From NCBI RefSeq assembly GCF_000010065.1, contig NC_006576.1, forward strand, positions 540,001 to 572,000: DNA of 32,000 nt, in the 5' to 3' direction. Within the stretch, counting starts at the first letter, position 1, and each line of letters begins with the position of its first letter. The notes beneath the pieces were generated by a model. The model had not been told where the DNA came from. It did no database searches and saw only the letters and a program-made list of their open reading frames with translations. This DNA comes from Synechococcus elongatus PCC 6301. GTDB lineage: Bacteria > Cyanobacteriota > Cyanobacteriia > Synechococcales > Synechococcaceae. Positions 24,182-32,000 of this stretch are shown in pieces. Both the position numbers and the translations under genes were made by a program.

Positions 24182-24835
24182 GTGAGCGGCATTCTAGCGG
24201 TCGTAGCGTGGTTAGGATTGGTGGGCTTGCTGGCGTGGCTGGCCAGTCGTCATCCCGACATACCCAATGAATGGGTGCGCAAAATTGTCCACATCGGCAC
24301 CGGCAACGTCATTCTGATTGCTTGGGCGTTTCAAATTCCGGCTGCGATCGGAATTGCAGCAGCGGTGCTGTTCTCGGGTGTGGCGTTGCTCTCCTTCTGG
24401 CTACCGATTTTGCCGGGGCTTCAAAACGTTGGCCGCCATAGTCTCGGAACCTTTTTTTATGCTGTCAGCATCGGCCTATTGATCGCTGGCTTCTGGCATT
24501 GGGCACCTCGCTACGCAGCGCTCGGCATCTTGGTGATGACCTACGGTGATGGACTTGCTGCTTTGGTGGGGCAGCAGTGGGGACGCCACCGCTTTCACCT
24601 ACAAGGGATTGGCCAGAAAAGCTGGGAAGGCAGCCTGACGATGATGGCCGTCAGCTTTTTGGTAGCGGTGATTTTGCTGGGGTTAACCCAAACCCCTGGC
24701 ACGATCGCGATTAGCTTGGCAGTCGCGATCGCGGCACCCTTGTTGGAACTCTGGTCTTGGTATGGCATCGACAACCTCAGCGTGCCGCTGGGCTGCGCGA
24801 TCGTGGCCGCTGGCGTTAGCCACCTATTCAGCTAA
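24182..24835 (+). CDS. Phytol kinase / dolichol-kinase-like CTP-dependent polyprenol kinase (integral membrane)
   Basis: 217 aa with a GTG start and multiple TM helices. Motifs WVRKIVHIGTGNVI and MTYGDGLAALVGQQWGRHR are typical of the phosphatidate cytidylyltransferase / VTE5 phytol kinase family. Confidence 0.7.
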   Translation: MSGILAVVAWLGLVGLLAWLASRHPDIPNEWVRKIVHIGTGNVILIAWAFQIPAAIGIAAAVLFSGVALLSFWLPILPGLQNVGRHSLGTFFYAVSIGLLIAGFWHWAPRYAALGILVMTYGDGLAALVGQQWGRHRFHLQGIGQKSWEGSLTMMAVSFLVAVILLGLTQTPGTIAISLAVAIAAPLLELWSWYGIDNLSVPLGCAIVAAGVSHLFS

Positions 24836-25159
24836 CAAGGCGTTGAGATCGTTGCGGTAGGCCTGTTCATCTCCGAGCCGTGCCACCAGCAAACATTCCC
24901 GTCCCGATTCCAACAAGCGTTGCTGCCAGTGATTGACCGCTTCGGCGTTGCGCAACCAGTAGCGAACAACACTATCAACCGCTTGATCGACATTCCAACC
25001 GCGATCGGGTGAGACTTGGCGCGCAGACTCCAAAAAAGGATCCAAACGCGCTTCTGGGGCACTGAGATAGGCCAGCCCTTGGGGATGCTGCCGAAAAGTT
25101 TGGTGCTGGAAGACGTCGAGAACGGGGGAAACGCCTAACAATTCAAAGACAAAGCCCAT
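24824..25159 (-). CDS. Hypothetical protein (111 aa)
   Basis: ATG-initiated ORF with native codon composition. It is convergent with the kinase gene and overlaps its 3' end by 12 nt. No family recognised. Confidence 0.5.
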   Translation of the reverse strand: MGFVFELLGVSPVLDVFQHQTFRQHPQGLAYLSAPEARLDPFLESARQVSPDRGWNVDQAVDSVVRYWLRNAEAVNHWQQRLLESGRECLLVARLGDEQAYRNDLNALLAE

Positions 25160-25260
25160 AGCAACTGCGCTGTAACCGTGAATTGGCAGTCAGTGTAGGC
25201 AGCAGAATTTTCTGTGACCAGAAATTATTACATTTCGTAAAAACAGTTGCCGTCTTGCTG

Positions 25261-25407
25261 TCATCTGGCCTGTTCGAAGGTTGGGCTGCTAATCCGGTTT
25301 TCGGGCTGCGGGCGCTTCTGCCAACTCCAAGTACTGATGGCAATAAGGGCGAGACTGGTCAGCACCATCGTCCAGCAGCGATCGCGCAGTCGATCTGGGG
25401 GCTGCAT
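25261..25407 (-). CDS. Possible small single-pass membrane protein (48 aa)
   Basis: It falls below the ORF-track cutoff. The context is ATG preceded by GAGGAC-N7. Translation: MQPPDRLRDRCWTMVLTSLALIAISTWSWQKRPQPENRISSPTFEQAR, with one clear TM helix flanked by basic residues. Confidence 0.3.
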   Translation of the reverse strand: MQPPDRLRDRCWTMVLTSLALIAISTWSWQKRPQPENRISSPTFEQAR

Positions 25408-25524
25408 CAGTCAAGTCCTCGTATGAGATCTAGTGCTAGCCTACTGGCTTGCTAGATTCATGAATCGTCAGCGATCAGATCTGACCTAATCTCGGGGCGG
25501 CTCAGGCTGGCAGATTAGCCGGCG

Positions 25525-26082
25525 CTAGGGAGTGATCACGCTGACGGTGGGGCGATCGCTCTTTAAGGTCAGTCGGCCCAGTTCTTTTTGTTTGGGATCA
25601 AAGCGTAGAGACTGCCGCACGCCTCGGGCAGTCAGTTGAGCCAACAATTCAGTTTCCCAGCGGCGTGCCGCTGCTTTGAGTAGTTGCGGTTGCTCAAAGT
25701 CTGAAGCGGTCAGGATCGCAGTCAATTCCGATTCTGGTAGCCATTGCCGGACGTCTAGGCGTGGCTCCCAGTCAGCCGCTTGGTCTCCATTACCGGGCGG
25801 AACTTGAAGCTGTTCCGCGAGCCACGCTTGCTGCAGGGCTTCCAGTTGCTGGCGATCGGGGCGATCGCAGCGCTGGGCTCGGAACCAATAGCAGCGATCG
25901 GGTTGTCGCAGCAGGTGTTGTTGCAAGCTAAGGCTGACATTACGGGAGTAATGAATCAGTTGCAGCTGGCGATCGCGGTCGTAGATCGCATAGATGCCAA
26001 TGCCCTCCAGCTCAGCGAGTGGGAGCTGCCCCTCCGCATCAACGAATGGCTGGAGTGGGAGTTCGTTTAGGGCTGGGGTCAT
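25525..26082 (-). CDS. Hypothetical protein with a degenerate GIY-YIG-like N-terminal domain
   Basis: 185 aa. GIGIYAIYDRDRQLQLIHYSRNVSLSLQQHL resembles the GIY...YIG beta-hairpin of GIY-YIG nucleases, with YIG replaced by IHY. The assignment is tentative. Confidence 0.45.
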   Translation of the reverse strand: MTPALNELPLQPFVDAEGQLPLAELEGIGIYAIYDRDRQLQLIHYSRNVSLSLQQHLLRQPDRCYWFRAQRCDRPDRQQLEALQQAWLAEQLQVPPGNGDQAADWEPRLDVRQWLPESELTAILTASDFEQPQLLKAAARRWETELLAQLTARGVRQSLRFDPKQKELGRLTLKSDRPTVSVITP

Positions 26083-26450
26083 GACTGGCGTGATCGAGCA
26101 AGCAGCGGTGGTTCTAGCGTGCCCTTAATCCTCTCGGCATCAACGTTGAGCGATCGCGCCTAGATCGAGAGTCATCCTGAATTGCAAGCAGTTCATGGCG
26201 ATCGCAAAGGCTGGAGTGTGACCTCGATTCACCATGAATTGAGTAGGAAGCTAAGCCGAACTTTCTGAGAGGAATTGAGCCCCAGCAATCACCAACGACA
26301 ACGCCTGTTGGTTGTGTGTGCATGGGGAGTGACCGCCACTCATTCGTAGCCTTGCTTACACTTTGCCGATCTGGCCTCTTCTAGGATGCCAAAGCTGTGG
26401 CTTAGCCGAAATGAGGCCACAACAGTCATCTCCCTGTTGATTCTGCTGAT

Positions 26451-26927
26451 ATGAGCACTGATGCCCCCCGTCCACCGCTGCCGCCGTTTACTGCGGAGAC
26501 AGCTGCCCAGAAAGTTCGTATGGCGGAAGATGCTTGGAACCATCGCGATCCAGAGCGAGTTTCCTTGGCCTATAGCCCCAACAGTGTTTGGCGCAATCGA
26601 GCTGAATTTTTGCAGGGGCGCGAAGATATCAAAGCCTTCTTAATTCGCAAGTGGAACAGAGAGCTAGACTATCGCCTAATTAAAGAAGTTTGGGCTTGGC
26701 ATGACAATCGAATTGCTGTTCGTTTCGCCTACGAATATCACGATGATTCTGGTCAGTGGTATCGAGCTTATGGCAATGAAAATTGGGAATTTGATGAACT
26801 GGGCCTGATGAAGCGACGCATCGCTAGTATTAATGACTTGGTAATTTCAGAAAGCGATCGCAAATATCATTGGCCTTTAGGCCCCCGACCGCTTGATCAT
26901 CCGGGCTTGAGTGATCTTGGCCTCTAG
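26451..26927 (+). CDS. DUF1348-family protein (NTF2/SnoaL-like fold)
   Basis: 158 aa. [27 protein letters not shown]...S.WRNR.EF..GRE.I..FL.RKW..E..YRL.KE.W...[10 protein letters not shown] matches my recollection of DUF1348. The gene is noticeably more AT-rich than its neighbours. Confidence 0.7.
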   Translation: MSTDAPRPPLPPFTAETAAQKVRMAEDAWNHRDPERVSLAYSPNSVWRNRAEFLQGREDIKAFLIRKWNRELDYRLIKEVWAWHDNRIAVRFAYEYHDDSGQWYRAYGNENWEFDELGLMKRRIASINDLVISESDRKYHWPLGPRPLDHPGLSDLGL

Positions 26928-26952
26928 CCTGTGAAACAGCAGGGCTAGAGCA

Positions 26953-27540
26953 CTAGCCCTCGCCACTGGAATTGGTGCTCAAAGATAGCACTTGGAACGA
27001 TCGTAAAATCTGTCGATAGTGTTGGGGCTGCCGCTCAAATTCAGCGGCTGGCAGGGAAATCACAAACGTGTAGAGTTGTCCTCGAGCAAGGGCAATCGCC
27101 GCTAGATCATGACGGGATTGCTGCTCCAATTGCACAGCATATTCCAGCAAATATTCTGGCCCTAAGGCGGTTTCTTGCTGTTCGGCGGCTAGTAACTCAA
27201 CCTGTCGACCCCGATCGGGACGGTTCAGCCATTGGGTTTGGAGCTCGTAGCCAACAGTTGTGGGATCGCCCAGATCGGACAGCTGACTGGTATCAGGCAC
27301 TGGACTGATCAACAAACTCAGATTGCGATCGGGGCTGAGGGGATCGCGAAAGGCGATCGTGGCAAGGCCGGGATTCTCGACGGCAATCCAAGCGGGTGGG
27401 TAAGAGAACTGCCAGTTAGCCCCTTGGTAAATAGGCAGGCTGATCGTCTGACAAGCAGTTAGCACAAGGAAACTAGCGATCGCAAAACTCAGCCCTAGTC
27501 GATTCAAAAGCATCGAGATGATACGAGCGAACGCCAGCAT
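26953..27540 (-). CDS. PsbP-like (CyanoP-type) lumenal lipoprotein
   Basis: 195 aa from the ATG at 27540. Lipoprotein signal ending LVLTAC. The PsbP-like body includes WQFSYPPAWIAVE...IAFRDP...NLSLLISPV...LSDLGDP and LLEYAV. Confidence 0.6.
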   Translation of the reverse strand: MLAFARIISMLLNRLGLSFAIASFLVLTACQTISLPIYQGANWQFSYPPAWIAVENPGLATIAFRDPLSPDRNLSLLISPVPDTSQLSDLGDPTTVGYELQTQWLNRPDRGRQVELLAAEQQETALGPEYLLEYAVQLEQQSRHDLAAIALARGQLYTFVISLPAAEFERQPQHYRQILRSFQVLSLSTNSSGEG

Positions 27541-27549
27541 CAATTATCC

Positions 27550-29493
27550 CTAATCCAAGCTGAGATAGGTATACCGCTGTAGACCCTCTTCATAATGGCG
27601 AAGCAGCCGCTGGGCTTCATCTAAACTGATTTGATCCTGTTGCAAAGCAGCTTCAGTTTGCTGGCGTAGACGTTCTAGAAGCTGTTCCGTATCGTATTGG
27701 ACATAGCCCAAGACTTCGCCCATCGTGTCACCTTTAACCACATGCTCAATGCTGTAGCCCTTAGGCGTCAGTTTGATATGGACGGCATTGGTATCCCCAA
27801 ACAGGTTATGAAGATTACCCATAATCTCTTGGTAGGCACCGCCTAAAAACATCCCTAAAACGTAGGGTTGGTCGGGCTGGAGCGAATGAAGTTCTAACGT
27901 AGATTTGACATCTAGCAAGTCAATAAAGCGATCAATTTTGCCATCGCTATCACAGGTCAGATCTGCAAGCGTTACCCGCTGATTAGGCTCTTCATTCAGA
28001 CGATGAATCGGCATGATTGGGAAGAGCTGATCGATCGCCCAAGTATTGGGAGCTGATTGGAAGACGGAGAGGTTGACGTAATAAATCGACGCCATCACCC
28101 GTTCTAGATCTTCGAGATCTTCAGGAATGCGGTCGAGTTGCTTCAAGAACTCCTGAATCCGATGGCAGCAGCTCCAAAAGAGTCGCTCTGCTTTGGCGCG
28201 CTCTGTCAAACTCAAATAGCCCAAGCGGAAGGCAGAAACCGCATCTTCCTTGAGTTTGAAGGCATCGTGATAGCACTCCTGCAGATTCTCAAGGGCGATC
28301 GCTTCCAAGACTTCGTAAAGGGTGCGGACGATCGCAGAATCCTCTTCCTGAGGTGGTTCCACGGCAGCCCGAGGCACCTCGCTACTGCCCAACACATCAA
28401 ATACCAACACCGATTGGTGAGAGGCGATCGCGCGCCCACTCTCACTCGTTAAGGTCGGGACAGCCAGCCGGTGTGCCTGACAAGCATCCTTAATCGTGGC
28501 AACCACATCGTTGGCGTAGGTCTGCATGTTGTAGTTTTTCGAGGCGTGGAAGTTGGTCTTCGAACCGTCGTAATCGACCCCCAAACCACCACCAACATCG
28601 AGATAACGCATGTCTGCGCCCAAGGCGGCCAGTTGCACATAGATCTGCGCTGCTTCTTGGATCGCATCCTTGAGCACGCTGATATCAGAAATTTGCGAGC
28701 CGATATGGAAGTGCAGCAGTTGCAGACAGTGCAGCAGGTTCGCTGCCTGAAGTTCCTCGACTGCCGCCACAATCTCGGGCATGGTCAGACCAAACTTGGC
28801 GCGATCGCCTGCCGAACTGCCCCAGCGCCCCATTCCTCTGGCGTTGAGCTTGGCACGCACACCTAAAATGGGTTCGATCCCCAAGCGCTGGCTGGCGGCG
28901 ATCGCAACGTCCACTTCTTCCAGTTGCTCAATCACAAGGATGGGCGTTTTGCCCAAGCGCCGTCCCAGAATCGCCGTTTCGATATAGTCCCGATCTTTAT
29001 AGCCGTTGCAGATCAGCAACGCCCCCGGCGTATCCAAGTGCGCCAGGGCAATTAATAGTTCCGGCTTTGAACCCGCTTCTAGCCCAAATTGAAAAGGACG
29101 CCCATAGTTGACCAAACTTTCGATCAAATGGCGCTGCTGGTTGCACTTGACGGGGAAAACGCCCCGATACTCACCGGCATAGTTATAACGAGCGATCGCT
29201 TTGGCAAAGCAAGCATTCAACCGCTCGATCCGGTCTTCCAAAATATCGGGAAAGCGGATCAGCAAGGGCAGATTCAGGCCCCGCCGCCGCAGCGCTTCTA
29301 CGAGTTCATAAAGGTCGAGGGAGCCGCCGCGATCGCCTTGGGGTGAAACGGTAATGTGACCGGCAGCATTGATACCAAAGTAAGGCTCACCCCAGCCCTG
29401 AATCCGATAGAGCGCTTCGCTGTCTTCAATGCGCCACTGCTGCGACTCAACAGCTACCGCCAAGGGTGCGATCGCCGTTTGTTCAGCCGCCAT
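27550..29493 (-). CDS. speA: Biosynthetic arginine decarboxylase
   Basis: 647 aa from the ATG at 29493; the track start at 29508 is a TTG. SpeA hallmarks include YRIQGWGEPYF, the PLP-lysine motif FPVKCNQ, HFHIGSQI, YLDVGGGLGVDYDG and a conserved C-terminal domain. Confidence 0.95.
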   Translation of the reverse strand: MAAEQTAIAPLAVAVESQQWRIEDSEALYRIQGWGEPYFGINAAGHITVSPQGDRGGSLDLYELVEALRRRGLNLPLLIRFPDILEDRIERLNACFAKAIARYNYAGEYRGVFPVKCNQQRHLIESLVNYGRPFQFGLEAGSKPELLIALAHLDTPGALLICNGYKDRDYIETAILGRRLGKTPILVIEQLEEVDVAIAASQRLGIEPILGVRAKLNARGMGRWGSSAGDRAKFGLTMPEIVAAVEELQAANLLHCLQLLHFHIGSQISDISVLKDAIQEAAQIYVQLAALGADMRYLDVGGGLGVDYDGSKTNFHASKNYNMQTYANDVVATIKDACQAHRLAVPTLTSESGRAIASHQSVLVFDVLGSSEVPRAAVEPPQEEDSAIVRTLYEVLEAIALENLQECYHDAFKLKEDAVSAFRLGYLSLTERAKAERLFWSCCHRIQEFLKQLDRIPEDLEDLERVMASIYYVNLSVFQSAPNTWAIDQLFPIMPIHRLNEEPNQRVTLADLTCDSDGKIDRFIDLLDVKSTLELHSLQPDQPYVLGMFLGGAYQEIMGNLHNLFGDTNAVHIKLTPKGYSIEHVVKGDTMGEVLGYVQYDTEQLLERLRQQTEAALQQDQISLDEAQRLLRHYEEGLQRYTYLSLD

Positions 29494-29546
29494 GAGTTTC
29501 TCCACCAATGCCCTGCTAGTCTAGCCTGCGGCTCAGTCTGGCACGG

Positions 29547-30050
29547 CTAGGGCAGCTCAATCCACTGGGTTTGTTCAGGGGTGAGCAAGTAGGCCGACAG
29601 ATGGGAAACACTGGAGAGGAAGGCATAGCGCAGACGATGCCCTCCATCAATTAAGACAGGCAGTACGGTCGCTGGATGTTCTTGCCGTGCTTGCGCCACA
29701 ATCAAGGGCCGACTGAGGTCAAAGTCTTCGAGTCCTTTCAGGGCGCGATCGATCCGTAAATCATTGATCGACCGTCCCTTTTCCAGCCGGTTTTTGTCGC
29801 GAAAAGGACTGGGCTGCTCAGGATGAGGATAATCAATGCCCTCAAAACGCGCCATGGCCGGCACATGGATGTGATTACGTAGGCAAGCCACTTGGCCTTG
29901 GGCAATTAGAGATTTTGCCTTGGCAACGCTCCAGACTCGACGGTAGAAGCGAAATTGCTCATCACACTCGGGATAGGGCAGGGTTTGGCGAAAGCGCTCG
30001 TATTCCAGCTCACTCGGTAACCAGCGGGTTGGGGCAGTCAGGATGGGCAT
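29547..30050 (-). CDS. Hypothetical protein with a ParB/sulfiredoxin-fold-like motif
   Basis: 167 aa. The motif PVLIDGGHRLRYAF resembles the (I/V)DG.HR signature of ParB-like nuclease/Srx-fold domains. It is divergent from the Anbu gene. Confidence 0.4.
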   Translation of the reverse strand: MPILTAPTRWLPSELEYERFRQTLPYPECDEQFRFYRRVWSVAKAKSLIAQGQVACLRNHIHVPAMARFEGIDYPHPEQPSPFRDKNRLEKGRSINDLRIDRALKGLEDFDLSRPLIVAQARQEHPATVLPVLIDGGHRLRYAFLSSVSHLSAYLLTPEQTQWIELP

Positions 30051-30243
30051 CGCGTTAACCCTGAAAGTGCTTAACCATCCAAGCTAGGCTGGCACCAGCT
30101 TTCAATTCGTAGCTGTAGCTACTGTTTGCGCTGGCAGCGCTAGGGTTGTTGCAAGTCTTATTCAAGTTCGTGGCGATCACTGACTTCACTTAATCTGTTG
30201 CAAGCTGAAGTTGAGTGCTTCCCCGTCCGTTTCCCCCCTTTGC

Positions 30244-31038
30244 ATGACCTACTGCCTCGGCATCGTCACCCAAGCTGGCCTGATCATGGCGGCTGACTCT
30301 CGCACCAATGCGGGCATCGACTACATCTCGACTTATCAGAAACTGTTTGACTTTTCGCTGCCGGGTGACCGCACCATTGTCATCTGCTGCTCGGGTAACC
30401 TCTCGATTACCCAAGCGGTGCTGAGTCAACTCCGGCGGGATCTCGCCGGTCATTTCGACATCAATCTGCACAGTCTGCCAACGATGTACGACTTGGCTCG
30501 CTACCTCGGCCAAAAAGTGCGGCAACTGCAAGAGAGCGACCGCGATTGGCTGAAGCAAGATGGCATCGACTTCTATTGCAACTTCTTGCTGGGCGGACAG
30601 ATTCGCGGCGGCCCGATCGAGCTTTACTTGGTCTACGGCCAAGGTAACTGCATCCACGCCACCCCCGAAACGCCCTATCTCCAGATCGGGGAAACCAAGT
30701 ACGGCAAGCCCATTCTCGATCGCACGATCAGTTTTGATACCTCCCTCGACATGGCCGCCAAATGTGCGCTGATGTCCTTAGATTCCACGATGCGATCGAA
30801 TCTTTCCGTCGGGCCACCCCTCAACCTGGCTCGCTACGAACGCGATAGCTTGGTGGCTCCGATGCTAGTTCAGTTCCCCGCCGGCCATGAATATTTGGTG
30901 GAAATGCGCCGTCGCTGGGAAATTTCCCTCAAGGATGCCTTCATGCGGCTACCAGATATCGACTGGAGTCGACAGTTAATGCGATCGCTCAGTCCAGTAA
31001 GCGAGTCAGTGCCACTTGATAGTTCAGAGTTGAACTAA
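30244..31038 (+). CDS. Anbu-type proteasome-like protease (ancestral beta subunit, Ntn hydrolase)
   Basis: 264 aa from the ATG at 30244 (MTYCLGIVTQAGLIMAADSRTNAG...). The threonine directly after the Met is the presumptive N-terminal nucleophile. The track start at 30211 is a TTG. The neighbouring transglutaminase and alpha-E genes fit the known Anbu gene neighbourhood. Confidence 0.75.
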   Translation: MTYCLGIVTQAGLIMAADSRTNAGIDYISTYQKLFDFSLPGDRTIVICCSGNLSITQAVLSQLRRDLAGHFDINLHSLPTMYDLARYLGQKVRQLQESDRDWLKQDGIDFYCNFLLGGQIRGGPIELYLVYGQGNCIHATPETPYLQIGETKYGKPILDRTISFDTSLDMAAKCALMSLDSTMRSNLSVGPPLNLARYERDSLVAPMLVQFPAGHEYLVEMRRRWEISLKDAFMRLPDIDWSRQLMRSLSPVSESVPLDSSELN

Positions 31039-31852
31039 TTCCAGGGGCGTAGTAAGTGCCCTCAGTGGGTGCTGTCTGAGCTGGTAGGGGAGCACTGGCC
31101 ACAGCAATGTGGGTTTCGGCCGTGGCGAGGCCGATGGTTGGATCAAAACCTCGCCAGCCTGCTCCTGGCAAATAGATTTCGGCCCAAGCGTGGAGGTCGA
31201 ACTGCTCTGCTTCGGGGCCACCCCAGTGGTAGCCACTGACAAATCGGCCTGCCAGTCCCACAGCCCGACAGACCTCTAGAAAGACCGCCGTAGTATCTCG
31301 GCAGGAGCCTTGACCCAGGGCTAGAGTTTGACCGGGCCAACGGGGATCGCCGAAGGGGCGCTGAACGTAGCGGATTCGCTCGTAGAGGTATTGATTGAGC
31401 AGCAGCAAAAACGAGATCGTGTCGTTTTTAGCCTGCTCCAAGAGCTGCTGAGCCAAGCGCAAACAGGCTGGATCAAACCCGCCTGGTAGGTAGCTCTGGC
31501 GATAGGGCAGCAGGCGATCGCTCTGGGATTGCGCCTCAGAGCGCAGGGGTAGGCGAACGGCCCAAGGCTCTAGCAGGAACTCAAACGGATTTTCGAGACA
31601 GGTCACGACTTCAGCGATCGCTTGCAGCTTGACATGATCGCAGGGGTCATTGAACCAAGCGCGCTGACAGAGATTGCCGTCGAGCTCTTGAACTTCGAAC
31701 AAGCGATCGGGCTGGGGCTGAATTTGCAACTGAAACGATCGCAATTGCTGGAAGTGATTGCCACGCGGTTGCAGCCGGATCCAGTGAGGATGAAGGTCGA
31801 CCGGAGCATCGTAGTAATACTCAATCTGATGCTGAATGCGAAAGTGGGGCAT
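30989..31852 (-). CDS. Transglutaminase-like cysteine protease family protein with a Bact_transglu_N domain
   Basis: 287 aa. The catalytic triad context is GQGSCRDTTAVFLEVCRAVGLAGRFVSGY (Cys) and DLHAWAEIYLPGAGWRGFDPT (His, Asp). The N-terminus is typical (FRIQHQIEYYYDAPV). Confidence 0.9.
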   Translation of the reverse strand: MPHFRIQHQIEYYYDAPVDLHPHWIRLQPRGNHFQQLRSFQLQIQPQPDRLFEVQELDGNLCQRAWFNDPCDHVKLQAIAEVVTCLENPFEFLLEPWAVRLPLRSEAQSQSDRLLPYRQSYLPGGFDPACLRLAQQLLEQAKNDTISFLLLLNQYLYERIRYVQRPFGDPRWPGQTLALGQGSCRDTTAVFLEVCRAVGLAGRFVSGYHWGGPEAEQFDLHAWAEIYLPGAGWRGFDPTIGLATAETHIAVASAPLPAQTAPTEGTYYAPGISSTLNYQVALTRLLD

Positions 31853-31855
31853 AGG

Positions 31856-32000
31856 TTACGCCACAATCGCATCGAGCGTGAAGAAGGTCTCAAAAATTTG
31901 CTGATCAACGTGGTTCATTTTTTGTTCGAGATCATCGAGAAATTCATGTAAGCCAATCTCAAAAATTTCAGCCATTGTTAAATAGCCTAATTCAGCGCTG
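31856..32000 (-). CDS. Alpha-E domain protein, C-terminal fragment (continues beyond the window)
   Basis: Manual translation of the minus strand gives ...SAELGYLTMAEIFEIGLHEFLDDLEQKMNHVDQQIFETFFTLDAIVA*. This is a typical alpha-E (DUF403-like) C-terminus. The stop is 3 nt upstream of the transglutaminase ATG. Confidence 0.6.
   Translation of the reverse strand, partial: SAELGYLTMAEIFEIGLHEFLDDLEQKMNHVDQQIFETFFTLDAIVA

Noticed and set aside
26114-26543. 69-aa and 67-aa minus-strand ORFs in the spacer upstream of DUF1348
   Set aside because: They have poor composition and no RBS, and the second overlaps the DUF1348 start. I treat the region as non-coding and flag it as a finding instead.
1-32000. 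CRISPR arrays, tRNA/rRNA genes and prophage or integrase signatures
   Set aside because: I saw no regularly spaced short direct repeats, no cloverleaf-like or rRNA-like segments, and no integrase/recombinase ORFs. The only large repeat is the cpcBA duplication, and the only tandem repeat is the DUF4351 module triplet.

Overview
The window looks like cyanobacterial chromosome, most like Synechococcus elongatus PCC 7942/6301. Two things point there: the octamer palindrome GCGATCGC (HIP1) is scattered through almost every gene, and the phycocyanin locus has the arrangement cpcB1A1-cpcH-cpcI-cpcD-cpcB2A2-cpcE-cpcF. Every gene I call from 31 to about 21550 is on the minus strand. In map order these are: pyruvate dehydrogenase E2; an MtlR/DUF4145-like helical protein; a type I restriction-modification locus (hsdR, hsdS, then hsdM) interrupted by a four-gene insert; a DUF1517 membrane protein; thiS-thiE; a RodZ-like HTH protein; and the complete phycocyanin rod locus. 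The rod locus carries two 1093-bp near-identical cpcBA direct repeats. The right third holds housekeeping and conserved genes: a small membrane protein, SpoIID/LytB-like, thyX, a phytol-kinase-like protein, a GIY-YIG-like protein, DUF1348, PsbP-like, speA, a ParB-fold protein, and an Anbu proteasome-like protease cluster with a transglutaminase and an alpha-E protein. No rRNA, tRNA, CRISPR array or classical IS element was seen. The most interesting part is the insert between hsdM and hsdS (7062-8730). It contains a small ORF, an Rpn/YhgA-type PD-(D/E)XK nuclease with a C-terminal DUF4351-like module, and two free-standing copies of that module. All three module copies, including the one inside the nuclease gene, are preceded by the same AGGAG-N6-ATG signal. 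This suggests a gene-within-gene toxin/antidote (RpnL/RpnS-like) defence module, with spare antidote or switching cassettes, nested in a type I R-M operon. All family assignments come from motif recognition by eye; no searches were run.
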